A stretch of DNA of 40,313 nt. Origin: Octopus bimaculoides. Lineage: Eukaryota. Shown piece after piece: positions 12,441-24,164 of this stretch. Every line of letters begins with the position of its first letter. Within the stretch, counting starts at the first letter, position 1. Position numbers and translations under genes: made by a program. The notes under the pieces were generated by a model. It had not been told where the DNA came from. It saw only the letters and a list, made by a program, of their open reading frames with translations, and searched no databases. The DNA lies in contig NC_068990.1 in assembly GCF_001194135.2 (NCBI RefSeq), forward strand, positions 52,931,181-52,971,493. The letters run 5' to 3'.

Positions 12441-15337
12441 CCTCTATGTGTGTATGTATTTTATAGAATGATTTATTTCTTGACAATACAACTCCTTTAA
12501 ATGTGCAGAGTTATTGGATGTAATATTCACTGGGAATGTAAACGCACCATTTTTTTGCTGTGATAATCTCCTGTAAGAAGTGGACATGACAGCTTCCATG
12601 TTCATGTGTGCATGCACACATACACATGTGTGCATGTGTACGTATGCTCACATGTGCATACATAGATATGTGCTCACATACATACACTCACACATGAGAC
12701 AGGATCTCAAGCAGGTCCACCCACTAATTCCACTCACAAGTTGTTGGTTAAATTTCTCTAAGATTCCATGCAGAAGGAGTATGTGGCTGCAATGCATGTT
12801 TCTTAAAGTCACAACCATACCCGTACCTAAAATTAGATTTAACAAAGGCAGGTGTGTGTGTGCAGCCACCTTCTACTTATGTTCCATTTTGTGTATTGAA
12901 AGAATTTTGAGATGAGATAGGTTCAATGTTAAAAATGTTGTTAGGTATGTATTGGAGCAACTGTTTGCCATCTTGCAATTAACCATTCACAAGATTAAGA
13001 CATTCTGATTTATTTTATTTTTCTGTTGATCTATGATTGTATTTACTTGCTATGACCTTTGTAAACAATTATGTGCCACGACAGACAATGACCTTACTGT
13101 CCAGCATTTCTATATTTGATATAGTAACTGTAAATTATTATTTGTCACAAGACAGAGAGGCTCTGGATGTTACTTAGTATTTATGACAATAATGAGGGAT
13201 CATCACCAATTTCTTTAAAATGTTTCTGGATTTACTTCTTTGCCAACTACATATCTTCTGGCATATAAGTCAACATAATATATAGTGTAAACATTCAAAC
13301 ATCATCATCATCATCTTTACAAATCCTGCTGCATTTCACATGGAATTGTTGGTCCTCCACAGTTGTCTTGGTGTATAAGTCAATCTACCATTTTTTGCTA
13401 TAAATGTTGGTCTGAAAAATTCAGCTTATGTACTGGAAAATACAGTAAAGCATGCTATTGTGCCATGGTGGAATTCTCACATGCATTCTTCTGTGTCCCT
13501 TATTGTAAACTTGCTTTGTCTGTCACATATTGTCCCTTTTTCTATTTACTTATCCCTATTGACTTGATTCTACTGCTCATGTTCTAAACTAATGCAGTGG
13601 TACTACAGTAACTTTCTTCCTCTCTGTTACTCTGTACTCCTCCTCCTCTTACATTCCTCCTCCTCTTACATTCCTCCTCCTCCTTCTTCTTTAATTTCCT
13701 TATCATTCAGTTCTTTTCTTCATAGCCATCTATTTCATGTCACACTCTCCTCCATCTCTGCACTTTCTGTATGTCTCTTCTCTCTCACTCTTTCATTGTC
13801 CTTGTCTTCTCATCACTCTCTCAGGTTCTAGATGCACATTAAACATGTCTCATTCTTCTGTTAGTCATTAGGATTGTTTTACTGTCAGCCTATAAAAAAA
13901 GGTTTTTCCTGTTGGAATGATCACTAACATTCACTGCAACATTGGTTAAAGGTATGCTGAAGAGGAGGACAGTATTGGTAATGGTGTTGATTGATATTAG
14001 AAGGAATATCAGTAAAATATGAAATGGGAAATGAATGGATCACAAACTAATTAAGTGTTCAGTTTAGCACTTGATAGGATTTCGTTTCTTTTCTTGATGT
14101 GGACAGTTAAGTAAAAGAAAAAGAAAAATATTGTTACAGGGGATGGTTAAACTTGTAAATTAGATACTTACTTGATTGTTGTTGTTTCTATCTTAACTAT
14201 CAGACAAGAATTTAGCCTAAAAATGTCTGAAGCCATAACAACAGTCAGCTGCTTGCTACATTTATCTCATTTTCTTGTATTATGGATTGAGAAAATATTT
14301 CATGGGAGTCTGTTTTAATTTTTCTTTTTTTTCTCTTTAGAATCAGTGACAATGGGCTAAGAAGAACCCACTGTAATGATGTTTGTTACTTGGCAAATTC
14401 TTACACTCTTGTTTTCACTTCCAACAGAATTAGTCTTTCTTAGTTAATATACAGATTAGCTGTCAATCTTAATCAATATATCCAATATCTTAAACATTAT
14501 CACCAACATATGTTATTCACAGATTAAAATTTTATTTTTTTTCTACATTTTTAATACTTTGGCCGAAAGTAATGTTGATTTTCAATAAATATGAAAAGTG
14601 TGTGTGTGTCCAAGAAACTTGCTGTGAAATAGGTGATGTGTTACCAGTAGTAGACTAGAAATTGAGTCATCTGTATTATTGAGTCTTAACTATTCTTAGG
14701 GAATTCTTTGTAGCTTTTCTCTCTTCATTTGGATTTGGTATATATTTCAGGAATCTTAATTTCATTTCCACTTGGGGCTTGATGAACCTGTCTTCAAACT
14801 GGTAGCCCAAGTAGAAGGGTGCAGCCTTATTGTCAAAGTGTGTTAGGTAGCTATTACCTAAATAACATAGTTGCCTACATATTATGTACAATACACAAAC
14901 TCTACCTACCCTTTTAATTCACTGTTACTGAAGGCGTAGATCTCAAAGTTACTTTTTGCTTCTCTGTAATTTGGCAATTAGCCAACAGTAAAAAAATTAC
15001 TCCCTCTCCCCATTCCAATAATGACAGTACTAGGCTTTCTTGTGATATTCATAAAATTAGCAATCACTTCATGGTGATGGTGAGGAGTCAGTTTTTTTTT
15101 TCTTTTTCTCTGAACTTTGTCCTTCTGTTCTAGCTACAACATCCTCACACCTTCTTACATCAGGTTTTGAATTCTGTTATCAATAATTGATTCTTTGTGG
15201 CTATAGATATTGGATTGGTAAGGTAGTTTTTGGTTTAAGCACTTAATCTAAGGAATTCTAAGTAAAACAGTTTACCATTTAACTAAGTTGAAAATGAATG
15301 TAAATATACTAATGTAATTTAGACTTTTACTACAACA

Positions 15338-15405
<68 letters not shown>

Positions 15406-15415
15406 CACCACCACC
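15338..15415. repeat. Compound (ACT)n(ACC)n microsatellite
   Basis: Direct reading. Confidence 0.9.
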
Positions 15416-16674
15416 CACATTAATATCCTGCATCAAGTAGCATTGTCTTTAATAATCACCAATCATAATTGTCATCATCCTCATCATCAGCTGCAACAGC
15501 AGCAGCAGTGGTAGTTCAATATGAACATGCTAGTGGTATTTCTATTCAACATAACTGGTGCAATTTGATTAAGCGTAAAAATATATTTGGATGATGTAAC
15601 AAGCAATTTACATTGAGATATCTTCCTCAATACCAGCTTCTCAGACTACAAACTACTTTGTTATAAAGAAAATTACAGGGAAAATGACAGAAAATTGTGA
15701 GAGTTTAGTGTTTATAATTAAGACTGGCATTTAACTACTGACTGTAGTAATTTTTACTTAATCTCAGCTACAGCCATTAGGCCCCATTTCATTGAAAATA
15801 TAGAATTAAAAATACAATCATTTTAAACATAACATCATCTTTAAAAATATTAATGCCATGGGGCTTCATGGAACCATGTGTGAAAAAAGGTGCATTTAAT
15901 TCAAGTAGGAATGGCTTGATGTAATCTAAAATTAAAATCTTTATATCTAATCATAGAAAATATCAATTATAATTTTTTAAGGGATGTCTTATTTATTTAT
16001 TTATTCATTCAGTTGCTTTTGAAATATGTTTTAAGTTCATTGAAATAGTCTCCTTAGTTAACAATAATATATTGTTCAGTTTGCTTGCAGTTGTTTATTC
16101 TTGCTGTAGACTGTTATAGGTATAAACTAATTAAAGGAAATTTGTTCAAATATTAGCTCAACCAAAAATATGCTACTTGGTAGAAGCCAAGGCACAGGTT
16201 TTCCTTCTTTGTTTTGCTGCTGGTGCTTGTGGTTCAAGACTGTTCTCTTCACACCTACAGGTTTTAGTTCTTATTTATAAATTTAATCATTTTTTTTTTA
16301 TTTGTTAGTCTTAGAATGTAGAGCTGAGCAATGGTTTTTACCTCAATGAACTCATAAGAATTATCTCCAATTAAATAGAATCTTGGACATTGTTAAATGT
16401 AGTTGGTGTTTGATTTAAAATTGTTATTACTTAATGTTTATTTGAAAGCTGTCAGCAAGCAAACAGTTTTATCTCAAGAGGGGAATGACTTTGTACAGTA
16501 TGGTGTACTTTAAAAGAGTGGAGTAACATAGAGTGTGTTTAGATGGCAAATTGTCTTTTGTTGGTGAGATGTAATACAATTTGACATTACCCAAGAAATT
16601 ACAAATCTGGCAATGAAAGAAATGATAGGCTGTTGGATATTTGGATATCAGACATAAACAGTTCCTAGAATGAA

Positions 16675-16676
<2 letters not shown>

Positions 16677-16727
<51 letters not shown>
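16677..16727. repeat. (TG)n microsatellite
   Basis: Direct reading. Confidence 0.9.
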
Positions 16728-16728
<1 letters not shown>

Positions 16729-16873
16729 TCTGGACATACAACACCGGAAAAAATCTACCCAACATTACTTATGTCTTACAGTATGGACTGATTGTATTAT
16801 AGTACCACATCAACACTAGAGGCTGCATGAAACAAGTCTTAGGTGCCCCCCCCCNNNNNNNNNNNNNNNNNNN

Positions 16874-16932
<59 letters not shown>
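16874..16932. repeat. (CT)n microsatellite next to an N gap
   Basis: Direct reading. Confidence 0.9.
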
Positions 16933-16935
<3 letters not shown>

Positions 16936-17107
16936 ATTACAACCTACTACATCTCCATGTATTTAATCATCAGATTACAAATTGACAATTTCATAGCAAA
17001 TTGTAATTCTGATCTTTCCTGTCTTCCATATATATGTGTGTATTACTCTACTTTCAGTATTGAGCTCTTGTTATTGGTTGTTGATGGGTCTTTTAATATA
17101 ATAAATT

Positions 17108-17149
17108 TATTTCATATATTATATCTACTATTTCATATATTATATCTAC
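17108..17149 (+). repeat. Perfect 21-bp tandem duplication plus a degenerate third unit
   Basis: TATTTCATATATTATATCTAC at 17108-17128 and 17129-17149. Confidence 0.9.
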
Positions 17150-17309
17150 TGTTATTTTATATATTATATATGTAGTGTTTCTGACTTGAGGCTACATTCC
17201 CTGGCAGGCATCACTTCCTCACTCCTTCACTAACCCCCAACCTGGAAGGATTCAATTAACAGAAGTTAAAGAATGAAAGTTAACATTGAATCTTCTGAAT
17301 TTTAAACAC

Positions 17310-17310
<1 letters not shown>

Positions 17311-17354
<44 letters not shown>
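17311..17354. repeat. (TG)n microsatellite
   Basis: Direct reading. Confidence 0.9.
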
Positions 17355-17357
<3 letters not shown>

Positions 17358-17580
17358 CGCACATGCTAATCTTAGCTCTCAGTTTATGACATCTGAGGCA
17401 ATGTTTTGTTGCTTTGAAATGTGTTATAAGATTTATGGCAAATGAAAAAGAAAAATGGTTGTTTGTATATTGTGTGCTTATGTGCATCTTTATACCATTT
17501 GTGAGATTAGCCAATTCCTAGTGGAATATTCATTAAAAGACAATTATAAAAATCTGTCCTGGTTTAGTACTGTTGATATA

Positions 17581-17723
17581 AAGGCTATAGTAGAAGATAC
17601 TTGCCCAAGGTGTCATGCAGTGGGACTGAACCATGTGGTTGGGAAGCAAGCTTCTTACCACACAGCCACTGTGTTTTTTCTTGTTTGCTTCCATCTAGAA
17701 GTCAAAGCAAATGATTACTATAC
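17581..17723 (-). repeat. Perfect 143-bp inverted copy of 18633-18775, flanked by the 12-bp direct repeat TACTGTTGATAT
   Basis: Base-by-base reverse-complement match; direct repeats at 17568-17579 and 17721-17732. Confidence 0.95.
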
Positions 17724-17778
17724 TGTTGATATTGGTGTATTTTGTTGGCAATGTTCAAGTAATTTGTTATTTATACAG

Positions 17779-17882
17779 AAGGCCAAAAGGTTGTTTATTA
17801 AAGCCATTGTAGATTATTTGGAAGTAGAAATACCACTGATACATGAGAATAAATACTATTTGAAGAGTATTGAAGAAAATTA
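17779..17882 (+). CDS. Candidate exon, unidentified protein (KAKRLFIKAIVDYLEVEIPLIHENKYYLKSIEEN)
   Basis: Acceptor TTGTTATTTATACAG, then 34 open codons of globular composition. It ends either at TAG (17881-17883) or at a weak GTTAAG donor. No family recognised. Confidence 0.25.
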
Positions 17883-18049
17883 GTTAAGAATTATTTTATT
17901 TCCTTAGTGAGAGTATTTCTGTAGGTTTTAATGAAGTAGGTGATATGAAGTGGTAGTAAGTAACAGAACTAGATTGGGGGATCAAGGGTGATCCCACACA
18001 TTTCTTGTTTTAAGTCTGATTTGGCAAATTTCTTTTTTTATTTTTACAG

Positions 18050-18076
18050 AGATTCCATTAAAGTTGAAGTAAAAGG
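18050..18076 (+). CDS. Candidate 27-nt mini-exon (DSIKVEVK)
   Basis: Strong polypyrimidine acceptor TTCTTTTTTTATTTTTACAG, GTAACA donor, length divisible by 3. Confidence 0.2.
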
Positions 18077-18686
18077 GTAACATAATTAATTAGTTATATT
18101 TCTCATTATGTCCTATTGATTATTTCTTTAATGTAAATAGAGCCAACTACTGATATCAACGATTACTGTAATACTCATTTAATAACACTGTAACATGATA
18201 ACATGGATAACACTGTGTAATACAATTTTTGTCCTTGGGTAGCAATTGTTATTTCCTATTTGCTTAGCCTTAGAAAGTATGAAAAATGGCTAATATTTCC
18301 TTCAAATATTGTTTTTGTTACATTTGCCTGGGTTGGAACTCAGCCATAATAAAATGATATAATAAATAAAGAATCCCTCCTAACTTATGAGTATGATGCT
18401 CTCCCACTACTCTTGCTCATGATGAGAGATGCACATGCTGTCAGCCACGAAAGGGACATGCTCAAGTGGTTATGGTCAAGCAACTGACAAGCAAATCTGT
18501 AGTATTGAGCAGAATATTTGCTGTAATGATATTTTTGCTTCAGCAGCTCAGCACTTAATCTGTCTGAAATGTAATGGAAATAGGTCAGTTCCAGAACATT
18601 GATGTCCAAGTGGCAAAAGCAAAGTTTGAAGGGTATAGTAATCATTTGCTTTGACTTCTAGATGGAAGCAAACAAGAAAAAACACA

Positions 18687-18836
18687 GTGGCTGTGTGGTA
18701 AGAAGCTTGCTTCCCAACCACATGGTTCAGTCCCACTGCATGACACCTTGGGCAAGTATCTTCTACTATAGCCTTGGGCCTTGTGAGTGGATTTTGGTAG
18801 ATGGATACTGAAAGAAGCCCATTGTGTGTGTGTATG
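18687..18836 (+). mobile_element. tRNA-like SINE family B head
   Basis: GTGGCTGTGTGGTAAGAAGCTTGCTTCCCAACCACATGGTTCAGTCCCACTG... with related copies at 10285 and 29315. Confidence 0.75.
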
Positions 18837-18840
18837 TGAG

Positions 18841-19735
18841 TGAGGAGGTACCCAAAAGTAATCAGAAGTATTCTCTGTGGACAAGCCCATTGCAGTTCAG
18901 GCTTCCACTACTAGAAGCCACTCCATGCAACCCTCAGGCATCGGTCCGCTGGCCAGTGTCGTCCACTGAAGTTGTACTGCCATATGGTGTGTCTTTGTTT
19001 TGCATTATTTCTCCCCTATTTGTCAAGTTTTGCAATGGTTGAAATGAAGGAACTGCCTGCTTCTGTGAAATTCTTTTCTGCTGGGGAAAAATGGTGGCTG
19101 AAATGGTTGTCATGCTTTAAACAGCTTACAAGCTTGCCATTAGCAAAACACAAGTTTACGAGTGGTTTTCATGCTTTAGGAATGGTCACTTGTTGCTGGA
19201 AGACCGACCTCATTCAGGACAACTGTCAACCTTCTGAACAAATGAAAACATCATGAAAATTCATGAACTGATTTTGGAGGACCATTACTGAACAATTGAC
19301 AAACTAGTTTTGTTGATATGACTAGCGTGTTCTGGAGCTCCTGCTAATGAATTTTGAATGAGAAATTGTGAATAAAAAGAGCTGAAGCAAAATTTGTGCC
19401 TCACTTGCTCATGGAAGATCAAAAGCAGTCATGGCGGAATGCGTGTCATGAACTGAAAGAACAGTTGGAAGTTGATCTGAACCCTTTTCTCAAAAGTCAT
19501 CACTTCTGAAGAAAGCTGGTGCTTTGGAATTTGCAGATGTGGAAGAAGAAAAATCAATGGAAATGTTAAATGGCATCATTTCACAAGAGTTCCAGCACTG
19601 CTTTAAACAGTGGAAAATGTGTCTGGACCGATGCTTCAATGGAGAATACTTTGAAGGCAGTAGAAGTGGAAACAAGTAAAACTAAGTGAATAAAATAATA
19701 TTGCAAAATCCCTGTTTCTTTTGGGTACCCCCTTG
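18841..19735 (+). mobile_element. Mariner-family transposon, internally deleted and non-autonomous
   Basis: TIR-like ends TGAGGAGGTACCCAAAAG (18841) and CTTTTGGGTACCCCCTTG+TA (19735-19737). Frameshifted transposase pieces MVEMKE...VKF, SKTQVYEWF, VPHLL, FSKVITSEESWC and a C-terminal NGEYFEG. Most of the catalytic core is deleted at about 19527. Confidence 0.85.
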
Positions 19736-19740
19736 TATAT

Positions 19741-19960
19741 ATCATCATCATCATCATCATCATCATCATTTAGCATCTGTTTTCCATGCTGGCATGGGTT
19801 GGATGATTTGACTGAGGTCTGAAGAGCCAGTGGCTGTACCAGGCTCCAGTCTGATCTGGCAATGTTTCTACAGCTAGATGCTCTTCCTAATGCCAACCAC
19901 TCCGAGAGTGTAGTGGGTGCTTTTTCGTGCCACCAGCACAGGAGCCAGTGAGGCGGGCCT
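19741..19960 (-). mobile_element. RTE-type 3' tail copy, older
   Basis: (ATC)n followed by the reverse complement of the 7154-7375 tail, with CpG decay. Confidence 0.8.
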
Positions 19961-19967
19961 GTATATA

Positions 19968-20124
19968 TATTCCATCAATTTCTTTTGCCAAACTGCTAAG
20001 AAATTGATGGAATAAGTACCAGGCTCAAAAAAAGAAGTACTGGGGTCAATTCATTCGACTAAAAGATTCAAAGTGGTGCTCCAGTATGGCTACAGTCTTG
20101 ACTGAAACAAGTAAAAGATAAAAT
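19968..20124 (+). mobile_element. 3' part of a SINE (family B/C tail) with an inverted 5' segment
   Basis: GAATAAGTAC...GGTGCTCCAGTATGGCT...CTGAAACAAGTAAAAGATAAAA matches the copy at about 29480-29590. The first about 30 nt are the reverse complement of the adjacent element sequence. Confidence 0.65.
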
Positions 20125-20539
20125 TGTAAAGTTTAAAGCTGAATTTAACCAAATAAAAACTGTCATTTACATAGATTTAAAAAAAAAGTCTTCTTCAGAC
20201 TTAATTATAAATTAGAAAGAAATTTAATATTAAACAAAACAAAAATCTGCATGTATCAGAAGATAAATATTTCACTGCTGGGATCAACTTTGGATTATAT
20301 TAAAAGAATCCAATTTCTACTATTTTTTATTATCCTACATAACGTATTTTATTTTTGTTATTTCTTATTTCATGCCAGGCCCACCCATCTGACTGAAAAG
20401 CTGAAGAAAGGAACTTTAGCGAAAACACTGCAGTTTCTTTCTTCTTTAGCCTTTTCATTTGCTTAGGTTCCATAAAGTTGTTGCTCCCAGTTTTCCTTGT
20501 TCTTTGAAACTTCAATGTCTTTTCTGAACATCTGATATA

Positions 20540-20590
20540 ACCTATGCCAGCATGGAGGGCAGACGTTAAGCAATGATGATGACGATGATG
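20540..20590 (+). repeat. Short RTE-type tail remnant
   Basis: CCTATGCCAGCATGGAGGGCAGACGTTAAGCAATGATGATG. Confidence 0.6.
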
Positions 20591-20889
20591 TTCAGTCTGA
20601 TTTTATAATCTAAAAGTTTCTTTAAAACGAAGATGATGTAACCTGTCACAGTTCCATGAGGCTCTATGTGGGATTATTTGAAGGGGTGAAGGACTTGTAT
20701 TAAACTGGTCTAGATTCATTGATGGTAATTTTTATAGAAGAGATGATGATGACGATGAAAGAGGTGTGGGCTTGTTTTTGTTACATTCTGCAGAAAGCCA
20801 TTTGTCTTCACATGTAGCAAGTAAATTTGGAAAGCAATGTTTTGCTACTGCAGCTTGTGATGTTTTAATCAAAGCTACTCTAGTTTTAA

Positions 20890-21090
20890 CCCTTTTGGTA
20901 TATCAACCCACCCACCAGTTCTGTGATACAGACATTGTTTTTTAATGATTTTGATTAAAACCTTCATGTTGAGTTGTGTTCTGAACACCGCCTTAATAAT
21001 AGCAAATTAATTTCAATAAATTCATTATTTTCCAAATTAATTGAAACAGAGGATTTCCACTGAAATATGATACCATATTTCAGTGGAAAT
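20890..21090 (-). mobile_element. TTAA-type (piggyBac-like) MITE family F, one end replaced by a fold-back
   Basis: Starts TTAA|CCCTTTTG. The interior is the reverse complement of the repeats at 38266-38435 and 38623-38780. Confidence 0.55.
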
Positions 21091-21646
21091 ACAGGTAAGA
21101 AAAAGGTGGATAAAACAACTTTTGCTTACAACATCATATGTCTGGATCCAAGCTAACCTCACCTTGAATATCAACAATTTGCTAAAAATGTAATATTTCA
21201 GAGGGGTGAGATACATATTTGTTTAATAATCATTGAGAAGCATATCTGGATATTTCCTATCTTTTGTAGTTTGAGATTTTAGGGTAGACATCAAATAGAC
21301 AAGATGAAACTAGAGGTACCTAAATGTTGTGTGTAGGGGTGGGTGGGTGCACTAGTGGCACATAATATATCACAGTTTTTAGATAGAAAGTTATTAAATA
21401 TGTTTCAATAAATGAATTTACATTTATAGTGTAAAATTGTTCTTCCTTGAGGTTTGTGTGTGTGTATTATTTGACATGCAGAATATACATTATTTCATGT
21501 GACATATAGAATTACTCAATTCTGTGTATAGAGATCCAGTGGGGTTTCTATAAAGGTAATTGTTTTCTAAACTTTATAGATTTATCTGTTTTGTGGTCAA
21601 ATATAGGGTAAAAACAAATGAAAAAGAACAACTTCTACTTGTGTGT

Positions 21647-21648
<2 letters not shown>

Positions 21649-21697
<49 letters not shown>
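21649..21697. repeat. (CA)n microsatellite
   Basis: Direct reading. Confidence 0.9.
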
Positions 21698-21701
<4 letters not shown>

Positions 21702-21984
21702 TTTTATGGTTTTTACATGTGAAAATGTTAAAGTGCTTATTTGTTATGCACCTGAGGTGTGTAGAGTTAGGTGTATACGTATAAATATTGAATAAGTGTA
21801 CGACTAAATCTATACCCTTATTTCACACTTGGGTCTTCATGAAATACTTTTTTGTTTATTGTTTTCCTTGATTTGGAGTTGATGGATGGTAGTTGATACT
21901 ATTGCTTGATGGGATGTCACTATATGACTATTGTTTGACTATCATTAGTGTCTTAAGTTCTTGTTGGCAGATGTCTATCACATA

Positions 21985-22450
21985 AGTAGTCTGTTGTGGT
22001 AGTTTAACCTCAGGTTAAACCTAATTAAGCAGAACAAATCTATGAGGAAAGGCATTCTTGCTATGACTCAGTTGCCTTTTTTAGTGCTATATGTTTTATC
22101 TTTTCCTAAGATGGAAGGGTTTTATTGTGATTTGAGGGAGATTTGACTGCTTTTTCCAGCAGGTTTATCAACTATGTAGAAATTCTCACAAAGACCCAGT
22201 ATTTAAGGAAGGCTTAGATGCCATTGATCAAGTGGTGGTAGTAATAAGTTGTTCTTATTGTAGTAGTAGCAGCCCTAGATCAGCTGTGATAAGACAGATC
22301 TTTCAGCTCTGACCAATCTCATCTTTCTTGCAGACCCATTGTGGGTAGATTTACTCTATCCAAGATGCCATTTTGTTTTCGTTTTTAAAAGATTGTAATT
22401 AGAAGGAATATTTAGCTGTTTTCTAGTGGTTATTTAAAGCACCCACTCAC
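21985..22450 (+). repeat. Two adjacent decayed copies of repeat family E
   Basis: Motifs shared with 12290-12440 and with each other (TTTGAGGGAGATTTGACTGCT vs TTAGAAGGAATATTTAGCTGT). Confidence 0.4.
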
Positions 22451-23108
22451 TCCTCTGTTAGCTAGTTGCAGTCCTTGTCTATGTGCAGTTTCTACTACTT
22501 ACCAGTAATTTAAACAACTTAATTATTCACAGCTTGAATTTTTATTTGACTGCTTCATTTTAACTTAATCTTTACTCAATTTCACCTTATATCATTACAG
22601 ATGTGTCATGAGTAGCTAGATTGTATTTCCTCATCTTTTATATATGATGATTCTTTCTCCTTTTCTTAGCATCCCACCTCTTCAAATTTTACCAATTTTT
22701 TTCAGTTACTTCTCACTTATATAGTTTTTACTCTCAACTAATGTTTACTTCTTCAAAAATTTTGTTACATATTTTATTTTTGAATAAAAATTTCAGTCAT
22801 TCAGTGGTTTCTTTCTCAGTAATTTATGTTTTATTTCTGTAGACATTTTCTGCTTTCATGATTTTAGTAAAGAGAACATACACGCACGCGTGTATGCACG
22901 CGCACACACACAAAATAAATTTATTCTCTTTCTTTTACCCTTTCACACAAATATCCAATACATGCATGAAATTGTAATTGAATATAAATTAAAAAAACCT
23001 GATTGATTTCTTCAAGCATGATAACAAATGTGTTAAACAAGAACTTGTATTGCGATTGCCCAATGTAGTGATGAGAGGTTATTATTACTATTGTTGTTGT
23101 TGTTGAAA

Positions 23109-23327
23109 AGCAGTCAACTGGCAGAATTGTTTGCACACAGGGCAAACTACTTAGTGACATTTCATCCATCTTTATGTTCTGAGTCCAAATTTCGCTATGG
23201 TCGACTTTGCTTTCATCCTTTCAGGTTCAATAAAATTCGCAGAAGTTGATCACTGGAGTTGATGTAATTAACTTGCCCCCTCTCTGAAATTGCTGGCCTT
23301 GTGTCAAAATTTGAAGACATTATTATT
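23109..23327 (+). mobile_element. tRNA-like SINE family A copy
   Basis: CTGGCAGAATTG...GTTCTGAGTCCAAATT...TGGCCTTGTGTCAAAATTTGAAGACATTATTATT, the reverse orientation of the 242-943 copies. Confidence 0.8.
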
Positions 23328-23621
23328 GTTGTTAATGTTTGGGAGACAATGACAGAGGAGAGCTTCTAATTGCAGGTATTTGAAAGTAATGTGAATATAT
23401 TTTTGTTGACCCTTTTTCTGTAAATGGTGTGATAAGGTCAAATGTTACATTGCCCTAAAGTATCAACCAAACAGTTGTTTCAGTTAAGAATTTGTTTACA
23501 TCTTGACATTACCTTGAAACTTTTATTTCTTTATTAATATGGACATTTATTCTGGAAATACCTGAATATTTGCTGGTCATTTGTACTGTGATGTCCTCAC
23601 TTAAGAGTGAATGTTATTTGG

Positions 23622-23653
<32 letters not shown>

Positions 23654-24164
23654 TATACAGGCTATAAATGTATCTGTCTTACATGTTGCCATTATAAAGT
23701 AAATATGGCTAAATATTCTTTATAGCAATTCTTACATCTTTTCAATTGATCTCTATTTATTACTGATGTTTACTGTGAATGTTCAGAAATCATAGTTCAA
23801 ATGGTAGCCAACATTTTAGGAAGGTTTCATTGCTCTAAAAAAAGTAGCTATCATCTGCAAATATAAAATGGGCCATTAGGTCATCTGTTTGGAATTAATG
23901 AAAGCAGATGTTAAAAATTCTTGAATTGGAAAACTGATAACATGTCTGCTTTATTCCATAATTGAACGGAATATAATTTTCGAAAGTAACATTCCTTGTT
24001 AAAGTTCTAATGTAGTCTTGTTAGTTTTCTGTTTGGTGGCCTACCCTCTTGAAATTGAAAATCTTTTCTATGACTTGAAGATTTAGAATTCTTGTTGTTG
24101 TTACTATTATTGTTATTAGGGTGTTGTTGTTTTGATGTTGATGGATTGATAGAATTATTATTAT

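Noticed and set aside
13365-13445. Possible pogo/Tigger-like TIR fragment on the minus strand
   Set aside because: No matching opposite end and no second copy in the window.
20379-20466. Candidate terminal exon PTHLTEKLKKGTLAKTLQ...
   Set aside because: Strong acceptor but no donor and no nearby polyadenylation signal that I could support.
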